Shown: piece by piece, positions 27,978 to 36,444 of the stretch
Numbering within the stretch: the first letter of the stretch is position 1
Layout: each line of letters starts with the position of its first letter
Origin: a virus
Reading direction: 5' to 3' (one strand)
DNA length: 64,000 bases
Virus record (IMG/VR): IMGVR_UViG_3300028654_000012
Location: 32,001-96,000 of that record
Program-made: the position numbers and the translations under genes
Notes under the pieces: model-generated
The model's input: the letters and a program-made list of their open reading frames with translations, nothing else
What the model was told of the DNA's origin: nothing
The model's database searches: none

Positions 27978-28970
27978 ATGGACACTAAGTCGCTAAAAAG
28001 CACTTTAGATCAGATTGAAAAGGATTTGGGCCTAAAGGTACAGAAGCTGTCGGATGCTCCACCTTTAGATATCGAAACTATTAGATCGGGATCTTTCCTG
28101 CTGGACGATGCCTTAGGTGTTCCAGGATATCCTCGTGGTAGAATTATCGAAGTCTTTGGTGCTCCTTCAGGCGGAAAGACCTCCCTTGCTTTGGCCGCAG
28201 TCGCGGAAGCTCAGCGGGGTGGAGGCGTTGCTGCATTTATTGATGTAGAACATGCATTCAGTAAGCAGTACGCACGTGATCTGGGAGTGGATGTAGATAA
28301 TCTATACTTTGTACAACCTGATTACGGCGAGCAAGCTCTAGAGACTCTTGAACGACTCATTGCCTCGAATGCCTTTGATATCATCGTCTTAGACAGTACT
28401 GCAGCTCTAGTGCCTAAGGCGGAGTTGGATGAGGATATGGAAAAACAGTCAATGGGGCTCCAAGCGCGACTCTTGAGCAAAGCTTGCCGCAAGATTACTC
28501 CTATCATTGGTAAGACGAAGACGGTAGTAATCTTTATTAACCAGATTCGTCAGAGCATGTCTATGTACGGATCCCCTACTACAACTCCTGGAGGAGAAGC
28601 TCTCAAGTTCTACAGCTCCGTCCGTCTGAGTGTTAGAAAGGTATCGGGCTCGGAATTGAAAGAAGGGTCTAATATCTTAGGTCATAAGATGGCTATCAAC
28701 GTAGTCAAGAATAAAGTAGCCCCTCCTATGAAGACGGCTGAACTTACCTTCCTATATGGTAAGGGCATTGATAGAGTTACCGATCTAATCGAGTACGCTC
28801 TAGATAAGGGGTTCTTAGAACATAAAGGGCATACCTATATCTTCGAAGATCAGAAGTGGGTAGGTAGAGAGAATGCTGCCGAAGGCATTCGTAATAATCC
28901 TGAGATCTATAAAGCTATCGCTCAGAAGGTAATGGATACTCAGGGGACAAAAGCTACAGCGAGTAACTAA
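27978..28970 (+). CDS. recA: RecA recombinase
   Basis: GYPRGRIIEVFGAPSGGKT, FIDVEHA, QPDYGEQAL, VLDSTAALVPKAE, QARL, FINQIR, GGEALKFYSSVRL, VKNKVAPP. Confidence 0.96.
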   Translation: MDTKSLKSTLDQIEKDLGLKVQKLSDAPPLDIETIRSGSFLLDDALGVPGYPRGRIIEVFGAPSGGKTSLALAAVAEAQRGGGVAAFIDVEHAFSKQYARDLGVDVDNLYFVQPDYGEQALETLERLIASNAFDIIVLDSTAALVPKAELDEDMEKQSMGLQARLLSKACRKITPIIGKTKTVVIFINQIRQSMSMYGSPTTTPGGEALKFYSSVRLSVRKVSGSELKEGSNILGHKMAINVVKNKVAPPMKTAELTFLYGKGIDRVTDLIEYALDKGFLEHKGHTYIFEDQKWVGRENAAEGIRNNPEIYKAIAQKVMDTQGTKATASN

Positions 28971-29476
28971 TGACTGCTCTCACTTCAACAGACGGAACTA
29001 CTTTTACTATAAACCTTCCTACTAATAGTTCTACTACTACCTCTGCATCCACTGCATCCACTGCATCCACTGCAGGAGTTTGTATTAGTAATAGTGGGGG
29101 TGGAGGTCAGTTAGGAACTTACGGTCCTTGTATACATGGTAACTATGGTCAATGCTATACCTGTTACCCCTCATATACTCAGACATGTACGTGCGCCGTA
29201 TATGGTTCTGTATGCCCCATACATACTCTTCAAAATAGCGGCTCAATAACTGTTACCCCCTCATGGACTACTTGGCCTCCTGCTCCTCCGGCCGTAGACC
29301 TACACGCTAAAGAAGGTCATGCTGTTACCCACGAAATGGTGACCGACTCTAAAGGATTAAAGATAGTATTTAAATGTTCTTTCTGCTCTGAAGTTATCTA
29401 TAAAAAGTACATAGTTCGAATCCCTCGAAAAGTCAGAGAAGAAAAATGTCTAGTAAGAGTACTCAACCACAGGTAG
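28970..29476 (+). CDS. Thr/Ser- and Cys-rich hypothetical protein
   Basis: TAATG overlap with recA; several CxxC-like clusters. Confidence 0.6.
   Translation: MTALTSTDGTTFTINLPTNSSTTTSASTASTASTAGVCISNSGGGGQLGTYGPCIHGNYGQCYTCYPSYTQTCTCAVYGSVCPIHTLQNSGSITVTPSWTTWPPAPPAVDLHAKEGHAVTHEMVTDSKGLKIVFKCSFCSEVIYKKYIVRIPRKVREEKCLVRVLNHR
29043..29074 (+). repeat. In-frame 9-bp tandem repeat (CTGCATCCA x3.5, encoding TAS repeats)
   Basis: ctgcatcca ctgcatcca ctgcatcca ctgca. Confidence 0.9.
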
Positions 29477-29655
29477 AGTCGTGGCTTTGCTGTACTCTTA
29501 CCCCTGAACTTATCTGCGCTAGATGTGGATTACTTGTTTGTGAAGCACATTCAACCGTAGGCGGATTCAGAGAAGTTTGGGAGAGAACAGGTCCTTGCCC
29601 TAAAGATCCTGAAGAGATGGGTCATTATTGGCACGTATCGCCCCGCAACAATTAA
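29446..29655 (+). CDS. Small Cys/His-rich hypothetical protein
   Basis: CC...CARC...CEAH...CP...H pattern; fills the gap before queE. Confidence 0.45.
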   Translation: MSSKSTQPQVESWLCCTLTPELICARCGLLVCEAHSTVGGFREVWERTGPCPKDPEEMGHYWHVSPRNN

Positions 29656-29678
29656 TACGATTACTCGTATTATAAAAT

Positions 29679-30395
29679 ATGAAACTAAAAGTCAATGAAA
29701 TTTATGGGCCCGTAAAGCAGGGCGAAGGTAAATCATCTGGACTAGATGTTCTCTTCTTGAGACTATCTGGATGCAACTTAGCTTGTTCTTGGTGTGATAC
29801 TCCTTACACATGGAACTGGGTAGGTACCAAGTTCGTTCACCCGGAGAAGTTTGATCCTATGAAAGAAATCGTTTTCATGGATACTAACGAAGTTAAGGTT
29901 GAATTAGATAAGCTTAATACTAAGGCCGTAGTAATCTCTGGTGGAGAACCTATGCTCCAACAGAAGCCTCTCCTCCCCTTGATTCAGGCCCTCAAGGCCG
30001 ATAACTATTGGGTTGAGATTGAGACAAATGGTACTATAGCTCCCGAGCCCGAATTTCTTAATCTGGTAGACCAGATTAACTGCAGTCCTAAATTATCCAA
30101 TTCAGGGCCTGATAATCGTCTCTCTATGAGAGAAAGACCTGAAGCACTTACTGCTTTAGCTGATTCCCCTAAGGTCTCTTTTAAGTTTGTAGTATCCTCT
30201 GATAAGGATATGGTGGAGATTGACTCACTAATTTCTAGGTTCTCTATGAAAGAGGTTTACCTCATGCCGGAAGGTAAGACTCGGGTAGAACAATTAGCTC
30301 GCCAGGATAAGATTAAAAAGCTTTGTGAAGAAAAAGGATTCAAGTTTAGCCCCCGACTACATGTATTAGAGAATGACTCTAAACGGCGGATCTAA
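29679..30395 (+). CDS. queE: 7-carboxy-7-deazaguanine synthase (radical SAM)
   Basis: EIY..VKQGEG, FLRLSGCNLACSWCDT, ISGGEP, IETNGT, CSPKL, KFVV, LMPEG, SPRLH. Confidence 0.95.
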   Translation: MKLKVNEIYGPVKQGEGKSSGLDVLFLRLSGCNLACSWCDTPYTWNWVGTKFVHPEKFDPMKEIVFMDTNEVKVELDKLNTKAVVISGGEPMLQQKPLLPLIQALKADNYWVEIETNGTIAPEPEFLNLVDQINCSPKLSNSGPDNRLSMRERPEALTALADSPKVSFKFVVSSDKDMVEIDSLISRFSMKEVYLMPEGKTRVEQLARQDKIKKLCEEKGFKFSPRLHVLENDSKRRI

Positions 30396-30398
30396 ACT

Positions 30399-31424
30399 AT
30401 GGCTCACCTTTATCATCTTCTTACCTATCTATTTGTACTAGGCGTTGTCGTTACCCTCCATGAAATGGGCCATTATCTGGCCTGCAAATCTCAAGGAATA
30501 AGAGTAGACACCTTCTCCCTAGGCTTCGGCCCAGTACTAGCTAGCACTACTCTATGGGGAACTCTTTTTACACTCAGGCTAATACCCTTAGGGGGATTTA
30601 TTATTCCTGCTGGAGCCGGCAACCGCCCTGAAACTGCTACTGAAGGAGAGTACTTCAGTAAAGCGTGGTATAAGCGCCTTATCGTAGTATACGCAGGACC
30701 AGCTATGAACTTCGTTCTAGCCTTCCTTATCTTTGTAGGATTACTGTGGGCTAGAGGAATTCCTAGCTACACTGATGATTCTATTATAGGGCAGATGGAG
30801 AAAGGTTCCTTAGCGGACAAGGCTGGGCTACTTCCCGGTGACGAAATAATGTATGTCAACGAGGAACCTGTAGACACTTGGCATCGTATGCGGTTGGAGA
30901 TTTCTGTTTCAGGACCGGACTTAAGCCTTGTTGTTCTCCGAGGACACGCTTTAAAAACTTTTCACATTCCTTTCGGAATAGAACCTCCCCGCCTCCTAGG
31001 AATCCTGCCTCTGCAAACATACACTCCTCTAGGTTTAGTAGCCGCTAGTAAGGAAAGTGCTAGTATATGCACTTTCCAAGTCACTCAAACTTACCAAATC
31101 CTTTCAGCTAATTTAAGGCATGGTAAGAAAGCCGAGCTAGCAGGCCCTATAGGCATCTATCAAGCTGTAGCACAAGCCTCCTCAGATTGGGTAGAGACTT
31201 TTTCGCTCATGGCTATAATCTCACTATCACTAGGCATCTTTAACCTACTACCTATTCCTCTATTAGACGGAGGAACAGGAGTTCTATTCTGGTGGGAAGG
31301 ATTAACCGGAAAGTATCCCTCCACCTTAGTTGTAAATATATTCCAGCTAGTAGGCTTAGTTGTTATAGGCTTTATTCTCCTGTTCGCCACAGCAGGAGAT
31401 ATAGGCAGACTTCTAGGTCATTAA
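30399..31424 (+). CDS. rseP: Site-2 (M50) intramembrane zinc metalloprotease with PDZ, RseP-like
   Basis: HEMGH, FSLGFGP, RLIPLGGF, AGPAMN, PDZ 'GSLADKAGLLPGDEI', GPIGI, NLLPIPLLDGG. Confidence 0.92.
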   Translation: MAHLYHLLTYLFVLGVVVTLHEMGHYLACKSQGIRVDTFSLGFGPVLASTTLWGTLFTLRLIPLGGFIIPAGAGNRPETATEGEYFSKAWYKRLIVVYAGPAMNFVLAFLIFVGLLWARGIPSYTDDSIIGQMEKGSLADKAGLLPGDEIMYVNEEPVDTWHRMRLEISVSGPDLSLVVLRGHALKTFHIPFGIEPPRLLGILPLQTYTPLGLVAASKESASICTFQVTQTYQILSANLRHGKKAELAGPIGIYQAVAQASSDWVETFSLMAIISLSLGIFNLLPIPLLDGGTGVLFWWEGLTGKYPSTLVVNIFQLVGLVVIGFILLFATAGDIGRLLGH

Positions 31425-31462
31425 TCCCCTTCCTAAAGAGAGTTACTACCTGTATTAATTAG

Positions 31463-32434
31463 GTGGTTACAATCAAATCTCTTCGCCTGCAAAACTTCCA
31501 GGCACACAAAGACACTACTATAGACTTTGACGATTACTTCAATTGCGTTATTGGGGCAACTCGATCAGGTAAGTCCGCTATGGTACGAGCTCTTAATTTC
31601 CTAATATATAATGTATGGCACTCTGCTTATGTAAGGCATGGTAGTACCGAGGTAGTAATCACCGCGACTTTATCAAATGGGTTCACCGTTGTTCGTACCA
31701 AAGGGGATAAGATTAACCAGATTGATGTAAGAGACCCTCAGGGAAAGGTTAAGACATATGATAGTTTCGGTACGAACTTACCTAAGGAAGTGTGTACTGT
31801 GCTAGGTATTAATCCCCTTCAGATAGATGAAGACGAGTTCATTATGTCTAACGTGGTAGACCAAGATGAACCCATGTTCCTCTTAAAAGAAAGTGGACCT
31901 ACTAAAACAAAGATCCTTGCTCGATTAGCCGGGTTACATTGGATAGATTTTGCATTAAAAGACCTTAATAAAGATAGGCGGCGACTATCCGGAGAAACAG
32001 ATAACTTAAAGACGTCTAATTATGAGCTTAATCAGAAATTAGCTAAGCTTCCTGACCTTAGCATAGTCAGAGGCCAAGTATCCCTAGCCCGCGCAAGGTA
32101 CGAGAGTCTACGAGAGCTAGATACGCACTATAACACTGCATTAGCTCTCAAACAAGACATTACTTCTTGGAAGAGTCAATACGCTGAGTTTAAGAAGCTT
32201 AAAGATCTTAACTTTAGCAATTTGATTAAACATGCGACAACGGCTCAGGAACTATATCAGAGCTATCATAGATTAAAGGATTTGTCATATAGATTGGAGA
32301 ACATAGCGGACTCTACGAAGAATTTAGCTTCCGTTAGAAAGACTTCTCAAAAGGACCAGAAAGAATTAGAGCACCTTCTAGAAGAAGCTATGGTAGCCGC
32401 TCCCGTATGTCCTACATGTAAGAGAGAATTATAA
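31463..32434 (+). CDS. SbcC/Rad50 (gp46-like) N-terminal half ending at the zinc hook
   Basis: LRLQNFQAH, Walker A GATRSGKS, Q-loop DQ, coiled coil, terminal CPTC; no Walker B. Confidence 0.85.
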   Translation: MVTIKSLRLQNFQAHKDTTIDFDDYFNCVIGATRSGKSAMVRALNFLIYNVWHSAYVRHGSTEVVITATLSNGFTVVRTKGDKINQIDVRDPQGKVKTYDSFGTNLPKEVCTVLGINPLQIDEDEFIMSNVVDQDEPMFLLKESGPTKTKILARLAGLHWIDFALKDLNKDRRRLSGETDNLKTSNYELNQKLAKLPDLSIVRGQVSLARARYESLRELDTHYNTALALKQDITSWKSQYAEFKKLKDLNFSNLIKHATTAQELYQSYHRLKDLSYRLENIADSTKNLASVRKTSQKDQKELEHLLEEAMVAAPVCPTCKREL

Positions 32435-33366
32435 TGAAAGCATTGGTTCTTGGAGATCCTCATTTCTGTGATAGAGTACCTCTTCGCAGAGTAGATAATT
32501 TTCTACAGGCTCAGTTTAACAAACTTACTAACCTAGAAAATATAATTAGAGAAGACAAAGAGATAGACGCTCTCTTTCTTTTAGGAGATGTATTCGATAT
32601 ACCTAAGCCCTCTCTAGAATTAGTTAATAGAGTTATGGATCATCTAGATCGTATTAACAAGCTACTACCTTTAGGCATATACTCTATTGTAGGTAACCAC
32701 GACGTACATGGCAGAGTAGAAAGTATACAAGAGACCGCTCTAGGAACTCTATATGCTTCCCGCTTAGTAAAACAATTAACTGGTACCCAGATAATCAAAG
32801 GCATTCCTTTTGTAGGGATAGATTACTTAGTAAATCATACTCCTGAAATATACCGTGGAAACAATCAAATCATCTTAACCCATAATATGCTACTTCCCGC
32901 ACCAGCTATTTTTAAGCATATATTAGCTCGAGACTTAAATGGTACTGTACAAAATACTACCATATTCGCAGGACATTATCATTCCCCCTTTAACGTAAAC
33001 TTGTCCAATAACAGTAGCGTAATTAACCCTGGAGTATTAGTACGTACAGATATCGCTGAAAGAAAGATAGTTCCTAGTGCAGTTAAATTTGAAGCTACTA
33101 TGAGCCCTAATTTAAACGTAAGCTGGCAACGATTGCCTTTAGAGAAGGACAATGGCGATCAAGTATTTAACTTAGAGGACTATAAAGAAGAGAAGACTCA
33201 AAAGTTAGATTTAGAAAAGTTTATTAATGGTCTTAAACAAAGTCAGTTTGAAAGTCATGATATTGAAAAATTAATTGAAGAAGTGGGTAATTTATCTAAT
33301 GTTAGTGAGACTATTTTACAAGAGGCTTTAAAAAGAATTAAATCAGCCCGCGCAATTGTACGTTAA
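32434..33366 (+). CDS. SbcD/Mre11 (gp47-like) nuclease
   Basis: GDPH, LGDVFD, GNHD, THN, GHYH, NPG metallophosphoesterase motifs. Confidence 0.88.
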   Translation: MKALVLGDPHFCDRVPLRRVDNFLQAQFNKLTNLENIIREDKEIDALFLLGDVFDIPKPSLELVNRVMDHLDRINKLLPLGIYSIVGNHDVHGRVESIQETALGTLYASRLVKQLTGTQIIKGIPFVGIDYLVNHTPEIYRGNNQIILTHNMLLPAPAIFKHILARDLNGTVQNTTIFAGHYHSPFNVNLSNNSSVINPGVLVRTDIAERKIVPSAVKFEATMSPNLNVSWQRLPLEKDNGDQVFNLEDYKEEKTQKLDLEKFINGLKQSQFESHDIEKLIEEVGNLSNVSETILQEALKRIKSARAIVR

Positions 33367-33394
33367 AGAGATTTTGCCTTAATGTATTTATATT

Positions 33395-33685
33395 ATGAGT
33401 TCGCAAATAACACATCTAGTGATTCAAAAGAAATTTAACGAGACTATTAAAAATATGGCTACCTTATCTAAATCCCCCGTCTTTAATCTGAGAGTAGAAG
33501 TTTTAAACCTACTGGAACGGTCCCCGATGCGCTTTAGAGATCTAAGATCCCGCCTAAGGGTAACGGACGACAACGCCCTAGATTCTACTCTACAGACACT
33601 ACGTAAGAATAAGCAGATATACTATTCATCCAAAGCAGGATGGACTATCGGTTCAGGAAGTAAGAAAACTACCCGATCCAAGTAA
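33395..33685 (+). CDS. Winged-helix-like hypothetical protein
   Basis: VLNLLERSPMRFRDLRSRL...LDSTLQTLRKNKQIYYSSKAGW looks wHTH-like. Confidence 0.5.
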   Translation: MSSQITHLVIQKKFNETIKNMATLSKSPVFNLRVEVLNLLERSPMRFRDLRSRLRVTDDNALDSTLQTLRKNKQIYYSSKAGWTIGSGSKKTTRSK

Positions 33686-33686
33686 T

Positions 33687-33866
33687 ATGGACTTCTCCAA
33701 GTGGAGATTCTTAGAGTGTGATAAAGGATGTGCACACTTGCCCACGAGTGAAGTATGCGCTAACTATTGTATGCATAATATACACTTAGATAAGTGGTGT
33801 AGAGAGTGTAGAAATCTTTGCGGTGTAGTTAACGCTAGACCAGATGATAACCAGGAGAGACTATGA
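33687..33866 (+). CDS. Small Cys-rich protein (59 aa)
   Basis: MDFSKWRFLECDKGCAH...CANYC..N...CRECRNLC; ATGA overlap with queD. Confidence 0.55.
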   Translation: MDFSKWRFLECDKGCAHLPTSEVCANYCMHNIHLDKWCRECRNLCGVVNARPDDNQERL

Positions 33867-34336
33867 TTGTATCGAAGACATTAAAGTTTGAAGCAGGACA
33901 TCGCCTAGCATTCGGCTATCCTGGTAATTGCCAGCATGCTCACGGACATAGTTACATTGTCACTGTAGTAATGGAAGCTACTACAGATGATCTTGATAAA
34001 TTCGGATTCGTAAAAGACTTCAACGATTTTAAACCCCTTAAGCAGTGGATTGACGATAAGTGGGATCATGCCTTTTTAGTAGCTCAGAATGATACTCCCA
34101 TGCTCACCTTCTTGAGAGAGAATAAGCAGAGACATTTCATCTTCGATAGCAACCCTACCGCAGAGAACATTGCCCGGGAGTTGTTTATTGTAGCTGAGGA
34201 ACTTCTAAATGATGGAGGAGCTACGGTTACTGAAGTAAGAGTAAACGAGACCGCTACATCTGAAGCCGTTTATAGATCTACTTTAGTTCAAGACGCTTTA
34301 GATGCACGGAGACTTTTAACTGCAGCTAAGGCTTAA
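33863..34336 (+). CDS. queD: 6-carboxy-5,6,7,8-tetrahydropterin synthase
   Basis: FEAGHRL, CQHAHGHSY, DFNDFK, WDHAFL, PTAENIA, VNET. Confidence 0.94.
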   Translation: MIVSKTLKFEAGHRLAFGYPGNCQHAHGHSYIVTVVMEATTDDLDKFGFVKDFNDFKPLKQWIDDKWDHAFLVAQNDTPMLTFLRENKQRHFIFDSNPTAENIARELFIVAEELLNDGGATVTEVRVNETATSEAVYRSTLVQDALDARRLLTAAKA

Positions 34337-34596
34337 TGAAAACGAATATAGAAGATATTCGGAGTCGATTAGACGACTTAAAGAAGAAAGAAGCTGTAAT
34401 AAGCACCCGTGAAGAGTATTTAGTAGAAGAAAAGAATAAGCTTCTTTTAGAAGTTAATAATTTATATGAGGTTCTTAAAGCTACTGGACGTTTTAGTCCT
34501 GAAGAATTAACTCCTCAGAATTTAGACGGCGTAATGTCTAAGCTCTATAAGATTATAGAAGACGAATTAAAGCTTAGTGAATTACCTACCCTATGA
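34336..34596 (+). CDS. Small coiled-coil protein
   Basis: Heptad pattern IEDIRSRLDDLKKKEAVISTREEYLVEEKNKLL. Confidence 0.6.
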   Translation: MKTNIEDIRSRLDDLKKKEAVISTREEYLVEEKNKLLLEVNNLYEVLKATGRFSPEELTPQNLDGVMSKLYKIIEDELKLSELPTL

Positions 34597-34724
34597 TAGA
34601 CACTATCGTAGCTTGGTTTCAAGTGAACGCGGCCGGCATAGTTGTCGGTCTTCTTCTCTGGGTTATCTTTCTTGTAGTTATCGCTGATCATGTTGAACGC
34701 CAAAATAACCTCCCTAGGCAATAA
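34593..34724 (+). CDS. Small single-pass membrane protein (43 aa)
   Basis: ATGA overlap; MIDTIVAWFQVNAAGIVVGLLLWVIFLVVIADHVERQNNLPRQ*. Confidence 0.5.
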   Translation: MIDTIVAWFQVNAAGIVVGLLLWVIFLVVIADHVERQNNLPRQ

Positions 34725-35331
34725 AATTGTTTCCGTAGAACAACGGCTACAGCACCTTGAGGGCCAAAAAGAAACTCTCACTACTCAGCTCACTGAAAAT
34801 AATCGTCGGCTAAAAGATATTATCACTGAGGAAGACACTTTTCTTAAAGCCTCATCCCTCCTACAATCGGTATCTGAAAAGACTCGCGATCTAAGCGTTA
34901 CTAAGATAGAGTCTATTATTACCAGCGCTCTCCAAGAAATAATGGATAATGTCCATTTACAGTTCGTAATTGTTTTCGAAAATAAACGAAATGCGGTTGC
35001 AGTAGAATTTAAGATAAGAGATACCCAGTTAGGTACCGACTTAGATATAGTTCATTCAGAAGCCGGAGGTATTAAGAATGTAGTATCTACTATCCTACGA
35101 CTAATTATTATTGATTTACACCATCCTAAAATCGAAGGACCAATTGTATTAGATGAGGTAGGGGCTAATATTAGTGTAGAATACCAAGAACGCTTCGGTA
35201 AGTTTCTTAAAGATTATAGTAAGATGATGGGCCGTCAGATTATATTAGTTTCACATCATGACAAAGTTAAAGAACATGCTGATAAGCTAATTCGTCTTCG
35301 AAAGCTTAATGCGGACACTCAGGTAGAGTAA
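34690..35331 (+). CDS. SbcC/Rad50 C-terminal half
   Basis: Coiled coil, then signature SEAGG, Walker B IVLDE and H-loop LVSH; no Walker A. Confidence 0.85.
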   Translation: MLNAKITSLGNKIVSVEQRLQHLEGQKETLTTQLTENNRRLKDIITEEDTFLKASSLLQSVSEKTRDLSVTKIESIITSALQEIMDNVHLQFVIVFENKRNAVAVEFKIRDTQLGTDLDIVHSEAGGIKNVVSTILRLIIIDLHHPKIEGPIVLDEVGANISVEYQERFGKFLKDYSKMMGRQIILVSHHDKVKEHADKLIRLRKLNADTQVE

Positions 35332-35738
35332 TGGCTAAAAAGAAACGCAAGAAGATACCTGCTAGAACTATACTCCGCCGCTTACATAACAAAGCAGACA
35401 AGGCTATTAGTCTTTACGTAAGGGCCATAACCGAGATAGAATATGGCGCTTGTGCCATATGTCTAAAGAATCCTATTCAATGTTGTTTTCACTTTGTTAG
35501 AAGAGGACGTAAGGTACTACGCTGGCATTTACCTAACTTAGTAGGTACATGTCACCGATGTAATTATATAGAGTATCGTAATCCAGACATCTCTAGAGCT
35601 TGGTACATTAGACGTCATGGAGCTGATAGATACCTAGCTTTAGTAGATAGATCTATGACTAATTTTGAGCCAACCCCTGAATTTCTTCAGGGGGTTATAG
35701 ACAACTTTACTGTACAGCTAAAGAATTTGTATAAGTAA
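35331..35738 (+). CDS. NinG/Rap-like HNH endonuclease
   Basis: ADKAISLYVR..., CAIC, HF..R....LRWHLPNLVGTCHRCN, YRNP. Confidence 0.72.
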   Translation: MAKKKRKKIPARTILRRLHNKADKAISLYVRAITEIEYGACAICLKNPIQCCFHFVRRGRKVLRWHLPNLVGTCHRCNYIEYRNPDISRAWYIRRHGADRYLALVDRSMTNFEPTPEFLQGVIDNFTVQLKNLYK

Positions 35739-35739
35739 G

Positions 35740-35988
35740 ATGAAAGAAACGGAAGCTTTCTGCGTTGAGAATATTCAAAGGATACTTGCAGGCAAGAAGC
35801 CTACCTTTAAGAATAAAGTACTGGCCGAGCTCTTCAAAAGAGCCGCAGACGAAGTTATAGAGAAAGCAGGTACCAATAAAGTTACCGTAAATGGCGTAAC
35901 AATTTATAAGAAGAAATCTACCAAGCAATATATAATTCATATTCGATGGACACCTAATGACCGAAAAAAAGAACGACCTAAGTCCTGA
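35740..35988 (+). CDS. Basic hypothetical protein
   Basis: 82 aa, packed between neighbours. Confidence 0.5.
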   Translation: MKETEAFCVENIQRILAGKKPTFKNKVLAELFKRAADEVIEKAGTNKVTVNGVTIYKKKSTKQYIIHIRWTPNDRKKERPKS

Positions 35989-36418
35989 ATTTATTAGGAA
36001 CCTGCAGGCCTCTATGGAAGATCCCGCTGCCGGAACTGACTCTCCTATAGAGGCTATCCAACGACTTAGAAAAGCTGAGAATCCTACTAATATGGAAGAT
36101 CTACGTCGCCGCCTTGATGAGAACGCTGGACGCTTTTCCCCTAAGGTGGTGTTCCCTGGCGAGCAGGTTCAACCTTCCGTCCCGAAAGCTCCTCCGCCTC
36201 CTCCAGAGGAGAAAGTAACTACTCGCGTTGTTTATAAAGGACATCGGTATAATGGCGATTTCTTTTCATGTATGGCTGTAGCTTTAGTAGAACTTAATAA
36301 TCCTAAGGTAAACGAAGTCATGAGAGCCTGGGCCTTCGTTCTTAAAGACCTAGATGGAAATCAGATTTTCCCTCCTAAAACTATTTCTAGACCTCGCTCC
36401 AAAAAGAAGAAAAAGTAG
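35957..36418 (+). CDS. Hypothetical protein
   Basis: 153 aa, Pro-rich linker, basic tail. Confidence 0.55.
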   Translation: MTEKKNDLSPEFIRNLQASMEDPAAGTDSPIEAIQRLRKAENPTNMEDLRRRLDENAGRFSPKVVFPGEQVQPSVPKAPPPPPEEKVTTRVVYKGHRYNGDFFSCMAVALVELNNPKVNEVMRAWAFVLKDLDGNQIFPPKTISRPRSKKKKK

Positions 36419-36444
36419 TATAATTAAGTAGCGAGAGGTAAAGC

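Noticed and set aside
29414-29423. GTTCGAATCC T-loop-like motif suggesting a tRNA
   Set aside because: It lies inside a coding frame (IVRIPRK), and I could not find an acceptor, D or anticodon stem around it.
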